Shown one piece after another: positions 49,549 to 59,220 of a stretch of DNA of 64,000 nucleotides. The stretch is taken from assembly GCA_030549815.1 (NCBI GenBank), contig JAUQQQ010000005.1, forward strand, positions 6,739 to 70,738, given 5' to 3'. The position numbers and the translations under genes are program-made. The stretch comes from a bacterium. GTDB lineage: Bacteria; DRYD01. The number at the start of each line of letters is the position of its first letter. Position 1 is the stretch's first letter. Below the pieces are notes generated by a model. It saw nothing but the letters and a program-made list of their open reading frames with translations, had not been told where the DNA came from and ran no database searches.

Positions 49549-50580
49549 CTATATTTTTAATACCGCTCTCAATTTAGCTTTACCATTTCTCACTAAATCC
49601 AATGCTTTTTCTAATTCATTAAATTCAAAAACTTGCACAATAGGTTTTAAATTATTAGAAATAGAAATTTTCAGAGTTTCTAATAAATCCATTCTGCTAC
49701 CAACAGCATTCCCCGTAAGAACCAGATTTTTCGAAATTAATTCTATAGGCTTAAAATTTAGGTCATCAATATGTGCTCCAACAAAAGATATTTTTCCATA
49801 GGGTCTGAGATAAGAGATGAACTTTGTTGCTACTTGGGAATTAGGTAATGTAGAAAGAACAACATCCACTTTTCCCATTCTTTCAATTTCATCATAAGTT
49901 AAAAAATCATCTGCTCCCAATTGATAAGCCAAATCTTTTTTAGTTTTGTCCGAAGAAAAAACTATAGTATAAGCACCAAAAAGTTTAGAATATTGCACTG
50001 CCATATGTCCTAATCCACCAAGCCCTAATATTGCTACCTTTTGATAAGGATGGATATTTAATTTTTTAAGAGCAGTGTAAGTAGTTAAGCCAGCACAATA
50101 AAGGGGAGCAATCTCCTCTAACTTCCATTTACTAATATCCACCACCTTATTAACAGCTATAGCAAAATTTTTATTAACAACACAATATTCAGAATACCCA
50201 CCAATAACGTCTATCCCTGTAACCTTTCTTTTTTCACAAAACTGTTCACTACTATTGAAACAATATTCACAACTACAACAAGATGAATGAACCCATGGTA
50301 ACCCAACAACATCACCTATATCAACATTGTCAACATTTTTTCCAATTTTAACAACTTTTCCTACTACTTCATGGCCAGGTGTAAGTGGATATTTAACAAA
50401 TCCTCGTTTCTCCCAATCTCCATCGATTATATGTATATCGCTATGGCAAATACCACAATATTCAACCTTTATAAGTATATCGTCATCACTCAACACAAGA
50501 CCATCATCGTTTTTTATACTCAGCTTTTTAGGTTCAAAACAAACCCATCTTTTATAATCCAACTTCTCGATAACATTCAT
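49549..50580 (-). CDS. Zn-dependent alcohol dehydrogenase (AdhP/CAD-like)
   Basis: CGICHSD, GHEVVG, CCSCEYC...C, CAGLT, GLGGLG. Confidence 0.92.
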   Translation of the reverse strand: MNVIEKLDYKRWVCFEPKKLSIKNDDGLVLSDDDILIKVEYCGICHSDIHIIDGDWEKRGFVKYPLTPGHEVVGKVVKIGKNVDNVDIGDVVGLPWVHSSCCSCEYCFNSSEQFCEKRKVTGIDVIGGYSEYCVVNKNFAIAVNKVVDISKWKLEEIAPLYCAGLTTYTALKKLNIHPYQKVAILGLGGLGHMAVQYSKLFGAYTIVFSSDKTKKDLAYQLGADDFLTYDEIERMGKVDVVLSTLPNSQVATKFISYLRPYGKISFVGAHIDDLNFKPIELISKNLVLTGNAVGSRMDLLETLKISISNNLKPIVQVFEFNELEKALDLVRNGKAKLRAVLKI

Positions 50581-50717
50581 ACTTTTACCCCCTTTCCAAC
50601 AATAAAAAATTTTCTGAAAAAATTGAAAAAACCTTCTGAAATTTTGAAAAAAGGTATTGGTAATAAGTAGGTAGAATATAAAAATGGGAATATTTAAGTT
50701 TAAGGGGGTAGTTTTTT

Positions 50718-51554
50718 ATGAGAAAAAAAGTAGGAAAAAAGATATTAAGAAGTTTATTAACTCTGGCAATAATTATTTCAATTTTCACTATCTCTTTTGC
50801 TCAAAATCTGTATATTTTCATACATAATAAACCTTTTAAAGGAGATTACATCTATCAAGGAAATAGAATATACGTTGAACTAAAAGAATTTGTAAAAATG
50901 ACAAATCTAAAAATGTATAACCAAGGTAATTACTACGTTTTAAGTGATAAGAATATCATACCTCCATCGACATTTACAAGCTTAGTCTATTTCAATAACA
51001 AACCATTAAAATATGTTATTTTCCAAAACTCCAAAGTTTATATAGATCTCTTTGAAATAGCATCCTTTACAAAAGCAACAGTAGAATTCAGTAAAGACAC
51101 AGGAATAGTAGATTACTACAATAAACAAAAAATAGAATCAACAGCAGAAGAAGTTTACAAAGCAACTCAACAAGTATACAATACTAAACAAGAAATATAT
51201 TCTAAAGATAAAAAGAAAATACAAGCAGGAGAAAAACCCAAAATCCCCGCAGACGCAATAAAAATAATAGATGAAAATCCCCAATATGATGACAGAAACA
51301 ACAGAGGAGAACTCAGATATACAGCCAAAGTTAAAAACACATACAAAGAACCAATAGAGGATATAAAAGTTAAAATAAAAGTTGTCAGCTTAGCAAACGA
51401 TGTATTGTACGAACAAGTATTCACTTTTTCTAAACTTCAACCCGGAGAAACTAAAGAAATAAGTCTCTATTGGATAAACAACTCCACTGTGCCCAACCCT
51501 CAAATAAAACATGAAATCGATTTCAAAGGTAAAGAAGAACAAGAAAAGCAATAA
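50718..51554 (+). CDS. Exported hypothetical protein (stalk-like N-domain, Ig-like C-domain)
   Basis: Signal peptide ending ISFA; YVELKEF motif; C-terminal VKN..LQPGETK. Confidence 0.6.
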   Translation: MRKKVGKKILRSLLTLAIIISIFTISFAQNLYIFIHNKPFKGDYIYQGNRIYVELKEFVKMTNLKMYNQGNYYVLSDKNIIPPSTFTSLVYFNNKPLKYVIFQNSKVYIDLFEIASFTKATVEFSKDTGIVDYYNKQKIESTAEEVYKATQQVYNTKQEIYSKDKKKIQAGEKPKIPADAIKIIDENPQYDDRNNRGELRYTAKVKNTYKEPIEDIKVKIKVVSLANDVLYEQVFTFSKLQPGETKEISLYWINNSTVPNPQIKHEIDFKGKEEQEKQ

Positions 51555-51575
51555 AAAATAACAAAGAATTTAACA

Positions 51576-52154
51576 GTGAAGTTAATTAATAAAATCAAAA
51601 ATAGGTTTAAAAATTTTATAAAGAGAAACATAATACTACTAGTTCCAACTTTAATCTATGATAGCATAGAAAAAATACCAATTAATGAATTAAAAAAAAT
51701 AAATGTTAATACTTTATTAATAGACTTGGATAACACATTAGTTCCATGGCACAAAAATGAAATACCGGCAAAGATAATTAATTACTTGCAAAATTTAAAA
51801 AAAGAAGGATTTAAAATATGCATAGTCTCAAACGCTTTACCCTTTAGAGTGAAAAAAATCAGCAAAGAGTTGAACATTCCCTACATAGCATTAGCAATAA
51901 AACCCTCAACAAAGCCATTAAGGAAAGCCATAAAGTTATTAAACTCAAATATAGAAAATACTGCAATAATAGGAGATCAATTATTTACCGACGTATTAGC
52001 AGGAAATAGGTTAGGAATAAAAACTATTTTCGTTAAACCATTAGCAAAATTTGAATTAATTACATCAAAATTCATTAGATTAATAGAAAAAAGAATTATC
52101 TCATACTTAATCAAAAAAAATTACATAAAGAAAGAAAAAAAACAAGGGGTATAA
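51576..52154 (+). CDS. yqeG: YqeG-family HAD IIIA phosphatase
   Basis: IDLDNTLVPW, VSN, AIKP, IGDQLFTDVLAGNRLG. Confidence 0.9.
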   Translation: MKLINKIKNRFKNFIKRNIILLVPTLIYDSIEKIPINELKKINVNTLLIDLDNTLVPWHKNEIPAKIINYLQNLKKEGFKICIVSNALPFRVKKISKELNIPYIALAIKPSTKPLRKAIKLLNSNIENTAIIGDQLFTDVLAGNRLGIKTIFVKPLAKFELITSKFIRLIEKRIISYLIKKNYIKKEKKQGV

Positions 52155-52157
52155 AAA

Positions 52158-52817
52158 ATGAGAAAAGGGATAATTTGGTCTTATACCAAAGGAGAATTTG
52201 TAATATTCGATCACTACTATTTCTCAAAACTATACAAATATATTAATACCAATTACAATCTTTTTATACCGACAAAATTCAGTAGTTTACTTAAAGCAGC
52301 AAATAATGATAATTTTAATATGATTGTGTTTAACTACCCTGAAAAACCGTTTACCAAAAATCAAATAAAATCAATAATTAATTTATTCAAGAATGGAAAA
52401 ACTATTCTATTCTTAACTTACTATAAAAACGAAGATAATAGTAGCAAAATAGCAAATTCTGTTCTCAAAAATTTCGGTTTATCAATAAAATACGACGAAA
52501 TAACTCAAAAAGAAAATATTCATGACAATGATAAATATCTTGTAATAACATCAAAAATAGCAAGTAATCTTAAAGAAAATGTGAATAAAGTCATAATGCC
52601 ATGTGCTTCTAGCATAGAAATAAAAGAAAAAAAAGGAATGGAATATAAAATTTTACTTTCATCAGAAGAAGATAACAAAGTAATAGCAGCGGAAGCAAAA
52701 GGAAAAGGAAGGATCATAGCTTTCGGGACCTGCGTCTTCTGGGACAATTTCTCAATATCGATGTATGACAATTTACAATTCACAAAAAATTTAATAAATT
52801 ATTGCATGGAGGGATAA
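52158..52817 (+). CDS. Hypothetical protein, DUF4350/GldG-like flavodoxin-type domain
   Basis: PEKPFT..I, GKGRIIAFG, DNLQFTKNLI. Confidence 0.55.
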   Translation: MRKGIIWSYTKGEFVIFDHYYFSKLYKYINTNYNLFIPTKFSSLLKAANNDNFNMIVFNYPEKPFTKNQIKSIINLFKNGKTILFLTYYKNEDNSSKIANSVLKNFGLSIKYDEITQKENIHDNDKYLVITSKIASNLKENVNKVIMPCASSIEIKEKKGMEYKILLSSEEDNKVIAAEAKGKGRIIAFGTCVFWDNFSISMYDNLQFTKNLINYCMEG

Positions 52818-52820
52818 GAA

Positions 52821-53312
52821 ATGGAAAACCTCTACATATTGCTTAATAAATTAGAATCATTAATGAAAAAGAAAGTTTTCGGTTTATCAATAGTAAAAAC
52901 CAAAGAAGCTTTATCAATCATTAATAAAATCAGACAAATTTTAACAGAAGGTTACACACCAATAGAAGAAGTTACAAAATTAAGAAAAGAGCTGGAAACA
53001 ACAAGAATAGAACTTAATAATTTGAAAAGTAATTTAGTAGAAAATGAAGAGATAGTAAAAATGGCAAGGTCCAAAGCACAAGAAATTGAAACATATGCAA
53101 AAGAAGAAGCTCAATTGATTATTAGTGAGGCAGAAAAGTATGCCATCAAGGTCCTCTCTCATTTTGAAGAAGAACTAAAAAAATTATTGTCTATAGTACA
53201 GAATAGCAAGAAAAATTTAGAAGCCGAAATACAATTGGAAACTAATAAAGTAGGAGCCAAGAAAATAGAAACTAATCAGGAATTGAAAAAGGTTAATATA
53301 AAATTAAAGTGA
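52821..53312 (+). CDS. Coiled-coil protein (DivIVA-like)
   Basis: EIVKMARSKAQEI..AKEEAQLIISEAEKYA heptads. Confidence 0.6.
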   Translation: MENLYILLNKLESLMKKKVFGLSIVKTKEALSIINKIRQILTEGYTPIEEVTKLRKELETTRIELNNLKSNLVENEEIVKMARSKAQEIETYAKEEAQLIISEAEKYAIKVLSHFEEELKKLLSIVQNSKKNLEAEIQLETNKVGAKKIETNQELKKVNIKLK

Positions 53313-53314
53313 AA

Positions 53315-53350
53315 ACCGCTAAACTGGAAGCGGTATAAAAGTATCCAGTT
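53315..53350 (+). ncRNA. Candidate cis-acting H-type pseudoknot (copy 2)
   Basis: S1 ACCGCT 53315-20/AGCGGT 53329-34; S2 AACTGGA 53322-28/TCCAGTT 53344-50; 9-nt A-rich L3. Confidence 0.6.
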
Positions 53351-53367
53351 ACTAAAAGGAGGTCTAT

Positions 53368-54081
53368 ATGAATCAAATAAATCTTGAATACAAAATGAAA
53401 GAAGGCCAAACTTACTTATATGATGTATACATAACTAACACCAAAATATTTAAAGATGGAGAAAGAGAAGAAAAAGAGATAGATGAAATGAAATTAAAAC
53501 TTTCTCAAAAAGTTGTAAAAGTTTTACCAAATCAAACATATGAATTGGAAATAGAAATAGAACCAATTTCCTTCCTAAGAAATTCAAACCCGCAAGAAAT
53601 AGCAATACCTTCACAGATGATGAAAATGACAATGGATAAAAAAGGTAAAGTTTTAGCATCAACGATGGACAGCCCCGTAAATTCTCCAAACTTCCCAGAA
53701 AAACCAATAAGTATAGGAGAAACATGGATCTCTCCTGCAGAACTGAAATTACAAGATGGAGGAAATATAAAATTAAACTATTACTACACAGCAAAGGGAA
53801 TCGAAAAATACAAAAACTACGAAACAGTCTTAATAGAAGTAAATAGCGACGAATGGACAAATAAAACTCAAGATGTCAGTCAATACCTAAAATCCAAAGG
53901 ATTCTCCTTATTCTCAGTTGAATATGGAGCACTTATGAAATCAGAAGTGGAAACAGAAGTAAAAGCAAGTATTGAAAGTCAAAATCAACACTTCATCTCA
54001 ATTGTTAAAGTAATTGTTGAATTAGATAAACTGTCTCAAAGAGATTTGGCAACAAGCGAAGAAGGTTTTATTATTAAATAA
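53368..54081 (+). CDS. Hypothetical beta-rich protein (DUF6263-like)
   Basis: LEYKMKEGQTY, FPEKPISIGETW; strong AAAGGAGG RBS. Confidence 0.65.
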   Translation: MNQINLEYKMKEGQTYLYDVYITNTKIFKDGEREEKEIDEMKLKLSQKVVKVLPNQTYELEIEIEPISFLRNSNPQEIAIPSQMMKMTMDKKGKVLASTMDSPVNSPNFPEKPISIGETWISPAELKLQDGGNIKLNYYYTAKGIEKYKNYETVLIEVNSDEWTNKTQDVSQYLKSKGFSLFSVEYGALMKSEVETEVKASIESQNQHFISIVKVIVELDKLSQRDLATSEEGFIIK

Positions 54082-54096
54082 AGGAGGCGGGTTAGT

Positions 54097-55428
54097 ATGG
54101 TTAAAACTCAAGATGTAATATCTATTCTGAAAGAGCAGAAGGTTCAAAGTATTAGAATGATGTTTGTGGATATCTTAGGGATACCTAAAGGGGTTCAAAT
54201 TCCTGTATCTCAAGCAAAAAAAATGCTGGATGGGGAAATACTATTCGATGGCTCATCCATAGAGGGATTTGTTAGAATAGAAGAATCTGATATGAAATTA
54301 GTTCCTGATTTAAATACATTCTGTGTAGCAGATTTAAAAGGTTACAACGAAGCGTTTGTAGTATGCGATGTTTATTATCCAAATGGTAAAAGGTTTGAAG
54401 GTGACCCCAGATTTATATTACAAAGGGTTCAAGAAAAAGCCCAAAAAATGGGATATATTCCAATGGTCGGAGTGGAAGCAGAATTCTTTCTCTTCCCTCT
54501 TGATACAACCAATGGATTTAATGTCATGCCTCTATTAGAACATACCGATTGCGGTGGATACTTTGATATGTTGTCATTAGATGCTGCTGAAGAGGTAAAA
54601 TTAGATATCCTAAAAAAGTTAGAAGAATTCGGCTTTGAAGTGGAAGCATTACATCACGAAGTAGCACCTTCACAACATGAAATAGATTTTAAATATAGTG
54701 ATGCTTTAACAACAGCAGATAGATTGCTACTTTTTAAGATGATAGTTAAAACAGTAGCTTTAAAACATGGATTACACGCAACCTTCTTACCCAAACCTAT
54801 AAAAGGAATAAATGGGTCTGGATTACATATGCATCAATCATTATTCAAAGGAGAAATAAACGCATTTTTTGATATGAAATCATCAAATGGAATAAGTGAA
54901 ACAATGCTAAACTACATTGGTGGTATATTCAGACATGTAAAAGGATTTACAGCAGTAACCAATCCTTTAGTTAATTCATATAAGAGATTGGTTCCTGGGT
55001 ATGAAGCTCCAGCTTATGTATCATGGGGAGAACACAATAGGAGTCCTTTGATAAGAATACCTGCCAAAAGAGGTAATTCAACAAGAATAGAATTGAGAAG
55101 CCCAGATCCATCATGTAATCCCTACCTTGCTTTTGCAGTTATAATAAACTCAGGATTAGATGGTATAATAAATAAAGCACAACCTCCAAAACCTGTTGAT
55201 ATAAACGTTTATGAATTAGATGATCAAATGATGAAGAAATACAAAATAGAAAAACTACCTGCTAATTTATACGAAGCCTTAGTTGAAATGCAAAAAGACA
55301 GTTTAATTAAAGAAACACTTGGAGAACATATATACACGAATTTTATTAACGCAAAGTTAAAAGAATGGAAAGATTACTCAACTGAAATAACTCCTTGGGA
55401 ATTAGAAAAATATTTCAAAATTTATTAA
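54097..55428 (+). CDS. glnA: Glutamine synthetase type I
   Basis: FDGSSIEGF, HHEVAPSQHEI, PKP..GINGSGLH, NSYKRLVPGYEAP, RIELRSPD. Confidence 0.96.
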   Translation: MVKTQDVISILKEQKVQSIRMMFVDILGIPKGVQIPVSQAKKMLDGEILFDGSSIEGFVRIEESDMKLVPDLNTFCVADLKGYNEAFVVCDVYYPNGKRFEGDPRFILQRVQEKAQKMGYIPMVGVEAEFFLFPLDTTNGFNVMPLLEHTDCGGYFDMLSLDAAEEVKLDILKKLEEFGFEVEALHHEVAPSQHEIDFKYSDALTTADRLLLFKMIVKTVALKHGLHATFLPKPIKGINGSGLHMHQSLFKGEINAFFDMKSSNGISETMLNYIGGIFRHVKGFTAVTNPLVNSYKRLVPGYEAPAYVSWGEHNRSPLIRIPAKRGNSTRIELRSPDPSCNPYLAFAVIINSGLDGIINKAQPPKPVDINVYELDDQMMKKYKIEKLPANLYEALVEMQKDSLIKETLGEHIYTNFINAKLKEWKDYSTEITPWELEKYFKIY

Positions 55429-55440
55429 AAACACGAATTA

Positions 55441-56349
55441 ATGTATGAAACAATAAAATCTTTTGCTAAAATTAACTGGGTTTTAGAAATACTTAGTTTA
55501 AGACAAGATAATTATCATAATATTTCTTCAGTTTTTGATTTTGTTGACTTATATGATAAAATTCACGTAAAGATAGAAGAAAGTAATAAATGTGATATAA
55601 ACATAAGGTCTAATTTAAAAGAATTAGAAAAAAATAATATTTTACATAAAGTTGTTGAAATTTTAGATTATATTAAGGGGGGAGCCAAATACAAGCTTGA
55701 TATTTTTTTGGAAAAAAACATTCCATTAAAAGCGGGCTTGGGAGGAGGTAGCTCTAACGCCGCAAGCTTAATATATTTCCTCTTTTCAAAAAAAATCGTA
55801 GACTTAAAACAATCAATAAAAATATGTAAGGAAACAGGTAGTGATGTCCTACCAATTTTTCTTTTATATCTTTACAAAAATTATTATATAGCATGTTTTG
55901 AAAAACAAAACATTTGTGTTAATATAAAAAAAAATTTACTAAACAGTTTTGAATTTTACCTAATTAATTCGTCAATTGGAATAAAAACAGAAGAAGCATA
56001 CAAAGCATATGATAAAATCCTTATAAACAAAAACTATATGATCGGAAACAATACTTATCGATTTATCTATTTTTCAAAAAAAAATATATTAGATATTTAC
56101 TTTCCTTTTCTCACGCACAATGATTTTGAAAAAATAGTTTATAATAAATTTTCGGTAATTGATGAAGTTAGAAAAACGATAGAAGAGGAGTTTAAAGGAA
56201 AAGTAAGAATCCTATTGTGCGGCAGTGGTAGTAGCTTGATTTCTATCCTACCAAAAGATAAAAACAATAAAAAGGAAATTTGGGAAAAAATAAAAAAACA
56301 TTTTCCAGAAATAAATATAAGAAAAGTTAACTATGTCCATCATCTTTAA
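55441..56349 (+). CDS. ispE: 4-diphosphocytidyl-2C-methyl-D-erythritol kinase
   Basis: AKINWVLEI..RQDNYH, KNIPLKAGLGGGSSNAA, GSDV, NDFE, CGSGS. Confidence 0.9.
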   Translation: MYETIKSFAKINWVLEILSLRQDNYHNISSVFDFVDLYDKIHVKIEESNKCDINIRSNLKELEKNNILHKVVEILDYIKGGAKYKLDIFLEKNIPLKAGLGGGSSNAASLIYFLFSKKIVDLKQSIKICKETGSDVLPIFLLYLYKNYYIACFEKQNICVNIKKNLLNSFEFYLINSSIGIKTEEAYKAYDKILINKNYMIGNNTYRFIYFSKKNILDIYFPFLTHNDFEKIVYNKFSVIDEVRKTIEEEFKGKVRILLCGSGSSLISILPKDKNNKKEIWEKIKKHFPEINIRKVNYVHHL

Positions 56350-58099
56350 ATTAGAAGAAGGAAAACTAATTAAATTAGAACTTGAAGAATTAGAAAAACT
56401 TGAAAATTATGATAATAGTTTAGGAAAAACTTTTTTCTATAACGAATATGTTTTAAAAGTTTTTCCCATAAATCCTATAACAGAAAACATAATCGGAAAA
56501 TTTAAATTCTTGAATAAAAAAATTTCTTCAATAAACGATAATTTTAAAAATTTAAAAAAATTTATTTTCTACAGATCAATTCCATTGAGTTGTTTTATTG
56601 ATGCAAAAAATGTATTACGTTTTCTTCCTCAAAAAAACAAAAATACCCCAGCTGAAAGGTTAATTTGGTTTATATTTAGTAAAATAGAAGGGATTAGTTT
56701 AGACGAGTATTTAGAAAATGAGTCTCCTTTCAGCAAAAAAAGAATAAACATTGCAGAGAAAATAATAAACATCGTCAATTTTTGTAATAAACAAGGTATA
56801 ATTATTAATGACATCTATCAAGATAATTTCATAATAGACAAAGATATGAATGTTTATATTCTTGATTTATACAAATGCGGAATATTAAATGAAGATGATT
56901 ATTGGGAATGGGAACCGATAATATCAATAAAAGAAGAGCTCTTCTATCCACCTGAAGCCATACTAACTGAAGCCATACTAAAACAAAAAATCAATAAAAA
57001 CATAGAAAATTGGGCTCTTGTTTATCTAATTTTCTGGATATTAACTGGCCTAAAACCCTTTGATTTTTTACCTCAAAACAATCATAAAAACCTTGAAACT
57101 TTTATTCTAAACATCGATAAACCCATAGTATCCTGGCCCCCACTAATTACAACATTTCAAGAATCATCAAAAAAAATTATCTCTTCAAAAACAATAAAAA
57201 AAGAAAAATACGAGATATTCCGAAATTTATGCAATGAATTGGATAATGAAGATATAAAGGCGAAAATTTTTGAACTCTCATTCAACACTTTTATAAAAGG
57301 ATACCTTGATCAAAATTACAGGTTTTCAGCAGAACAAATAAAAAATTTTCTTTTCAAAAGCTCAAGAAAAAATACCGAATTTAGCGAATTTGGATTCCCA
57401 TCTACACAAACAAAAGAAAATATTGAAAACTTAATTGAAGACAAAGATCAAAAAGAACAAAAAAAAGAAGAAGAAATAAAAGTAAAACCACAAACTACAA
57501 AAAAACAAGAAACAAACGAAGAAAAATTAAAAATAATTAAAAACCTTCCAATCTCAACAAGAGAATATATAACTAAAATCATTAAACAATTGGAAAAAAC
57601 AAGATTATATAACAAAGAAGTGGAAAAAAATATAGAAGAAATAATCAAAAAACAACAGATAAACCTTGTTATAAATGTATTTATATCAACAAGAGATTTA
57701 AACACAGTGCTATGGCTTATATACATAATGAATACAGAATATTGGGAGTCCCTATTTAACCAGTTAACTAAATTATCTGAAATTCTAAACATTAGCATAT
57801 ACAAAGTAATAGAGCAAAAAGTTGTACCTATACTATATAAAAATCAAAACATCGAAGAAAATTATAAAGAAATTCTAAATCAAGTTCAATTAGAAATCTT
57901 AAGAGAAACAAAAAAACAAAATGACATAAAGATTAAAAATCTAACAAACATATTTTTAATAACAATCTCAATAATTTTTTTTCTCCTACCATTCATCCTG
58001 TTTTTCGTTTTTAAAATTAAAATTCTCTACATAATTCTTTTATACCCTGTTCTCTTTGGTTTATCAATGATAAGTTCTAAAATCTTGATACAACAATGA
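56333..58099 (+). CDS. Divergent Ser/Thr protein kinase-like protein with C-terminal TMs
   Basis: VLKV, IINDIYQDNFII, ILDL, YPPE, ENWAL..ILTGLKPF. Confidence 0.7.
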   Translation: MSIIFKLEEGKLIKLELEELEKLENYDNSLGKTFFYNEYVLKVFPINPITENIIGKFKFLNKKISSINDNFKNLKKFIFYRSIPLSCFIDAKNVLRFLPQKNKNTPAERLIWFIFSKIEGISLDEYLENESPFSKKRINIAEKIINIVNFCNKQGIIINDIYQDNFIIDKDMNVYILDLYKCGILNEDDYWEWEPIISIKEELFYPPEAILTEAILKQKINKNIENWALVYLIFWILTGLKPFDFLPQNNHKNLETFILNIDKPIVSWPPLITTFQESSKKIISSKTIKKEKYEIFRNLCNELDNEDIKAKIFELSFNTFIKGYLDQNYRFSAEQIKNFLFKSSRKNTEFSEFGFPSTQTKENIENLIEDKDQKEQKKEEEIKVKPQTTKKQETNEEKLKIIKNLPISTREYITKIIKQLEKTRLYNKEVEKNIEEIIKKQQINLVINVFISTRDLNTVLWLIYIMNTEYWESLFNQLTKLSEILNISIYKVIEQKVVPILYKNQNIEENYKEILNQVQLEILRETKKQNDIKIKNLTNIFLITISIIFFLLPFILFFVFKIKILYIILLYPVLFGLSMISSKILIQQ

Positions 58100-58950
58100 T
58101 ATACTTAATAACAGATTACGGAGAAAAAGATTATTTTGTTTGTGCTCTAAAAACAGTAATAATAAACTTTTGTAGAATTTTAAATACAAATCCAATTATT
58201 TTAGACATAACACACCATATTGATAGTTACAACGTATTTGAAGCTTTATTAAACATAAAAGGAATGTTAAATATAATTCCTAATAAATCTGTAATAGTTG
58301 GAGTAGTAGACCCGGAAGTAGGTTCAAATATAGAAGGATGCGTTTCTAAACATATCTTTAAAAATAAAGAAATATACTTTATTGGGAGAAACAATGGAAT
58401 ACTCGGAGCTTTTTACAAATCCAGACACATTTTTACTTACAAAATAGATATCAAAAAAATAGAAGAAAATATAAAAAGAAAAGGTATATTTTATAAAGCA
58501 GGAATAAAGGAAATAAGTAAAACTTTTCACGGCAGAGATGTATTCGCACCATTGTCGGCTATCCTTTACCATGACACCCAAAATAATACAAATCTGCTAA
58601 AAGAGTTCTTAAGTTCTAGAATAAAACCACTTTACTATAAAATACCAACAATAAAAAAAGAAAATAACAAAATAGTTGGAAAAATTATCTATACCGATAA
58701 GTTTGGCAACCTTATAACTAACATACCAATAAAAACACTAGAAAAAGCTAAAAAAGTAAGACTCGTTAATACTAATCAAAAGATAGATCTAAAAATTTTA
58801 AAAAATTACATTGAAGGTGAGAAAGAGGATCTATTTGCCGTCGGAGATAGTTTCGGATATTTAGAAATAAGTAGGTTTAAACAAAGTGCAGAAAAATTTT
58901 TAGAAAATTATGGTAATATTTGGAATTTTAGAGTAGAAGCGATATTTTGA
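58096..58950 (+). CDS. SAM hydroxide adenosyltransferase (DUF62/chlorinase family)
   Basis: LITDYG..D, DITH, VVDPEVGS, TFHGRDVFAP, DKFGNLITN. Confidence 0.92.
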   Translation: MIYLITDYGEKDYFVCALKTVIINFCRILNTNPIILDITHHIDSYNVFEALLNIKGMLNIIPNKSVIVGVVDPEVGSNIEGCVSKHIFKNKEIYFIGRNNGILGAFYKSRHIFTYKIDIKKIEENIKRKGIFYKAGIKEISKTFHGRDVFAPLSAILYHDTQNNTNLLKEFLSSRIKPLYYKIPTIKKENNKIVGKIIYTDKFGNLITNIPIKTLEKAKKVRLVNTNQKIDLKILKNYIEGEKEDLFAVGDSFGYLEISRFKQSAEKFLENYGNIWNFRVEAIF

Positions 58951-59220
58951 AATATCCTTGGGTTCCAAGAATCCTTTACTTTTCAGATGAAATCTGTATG
59001 AAGCAATTATACATTGACATTTTGAGAAAAAACTATTGAAAAGATTAAAGAAGTTGTGCATAAAATAGCAAGAGAAATCGGTATCCAATCTTGACAGAGT
59101 TTTCAAAAACTTGTTTGCTGAAAGGACAAGAGTTTGTTTATTAAAGAAACTTCTACTTGAACCACCATTTGATGAGAGACTTCACGTAAAGAAAAGAGTA
59201 AAAAGCTTTTGTAAAGTATT

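Noticed and set aside
53310-53387. Pseudoknot-stimulated readthrough or frameshift fusing neighbouring genes
   Set aside because: Readthrough frames stop early at both copies, and the downstream gene's frame has TAA at 53320; no slippery heptamer
58951-59220. Coding-like intergenic stretch and ORFs 58900-59106 / 59111-59374
   Set aside because: Multiple stops and no recognisable family; possibly a remnant but unsupported
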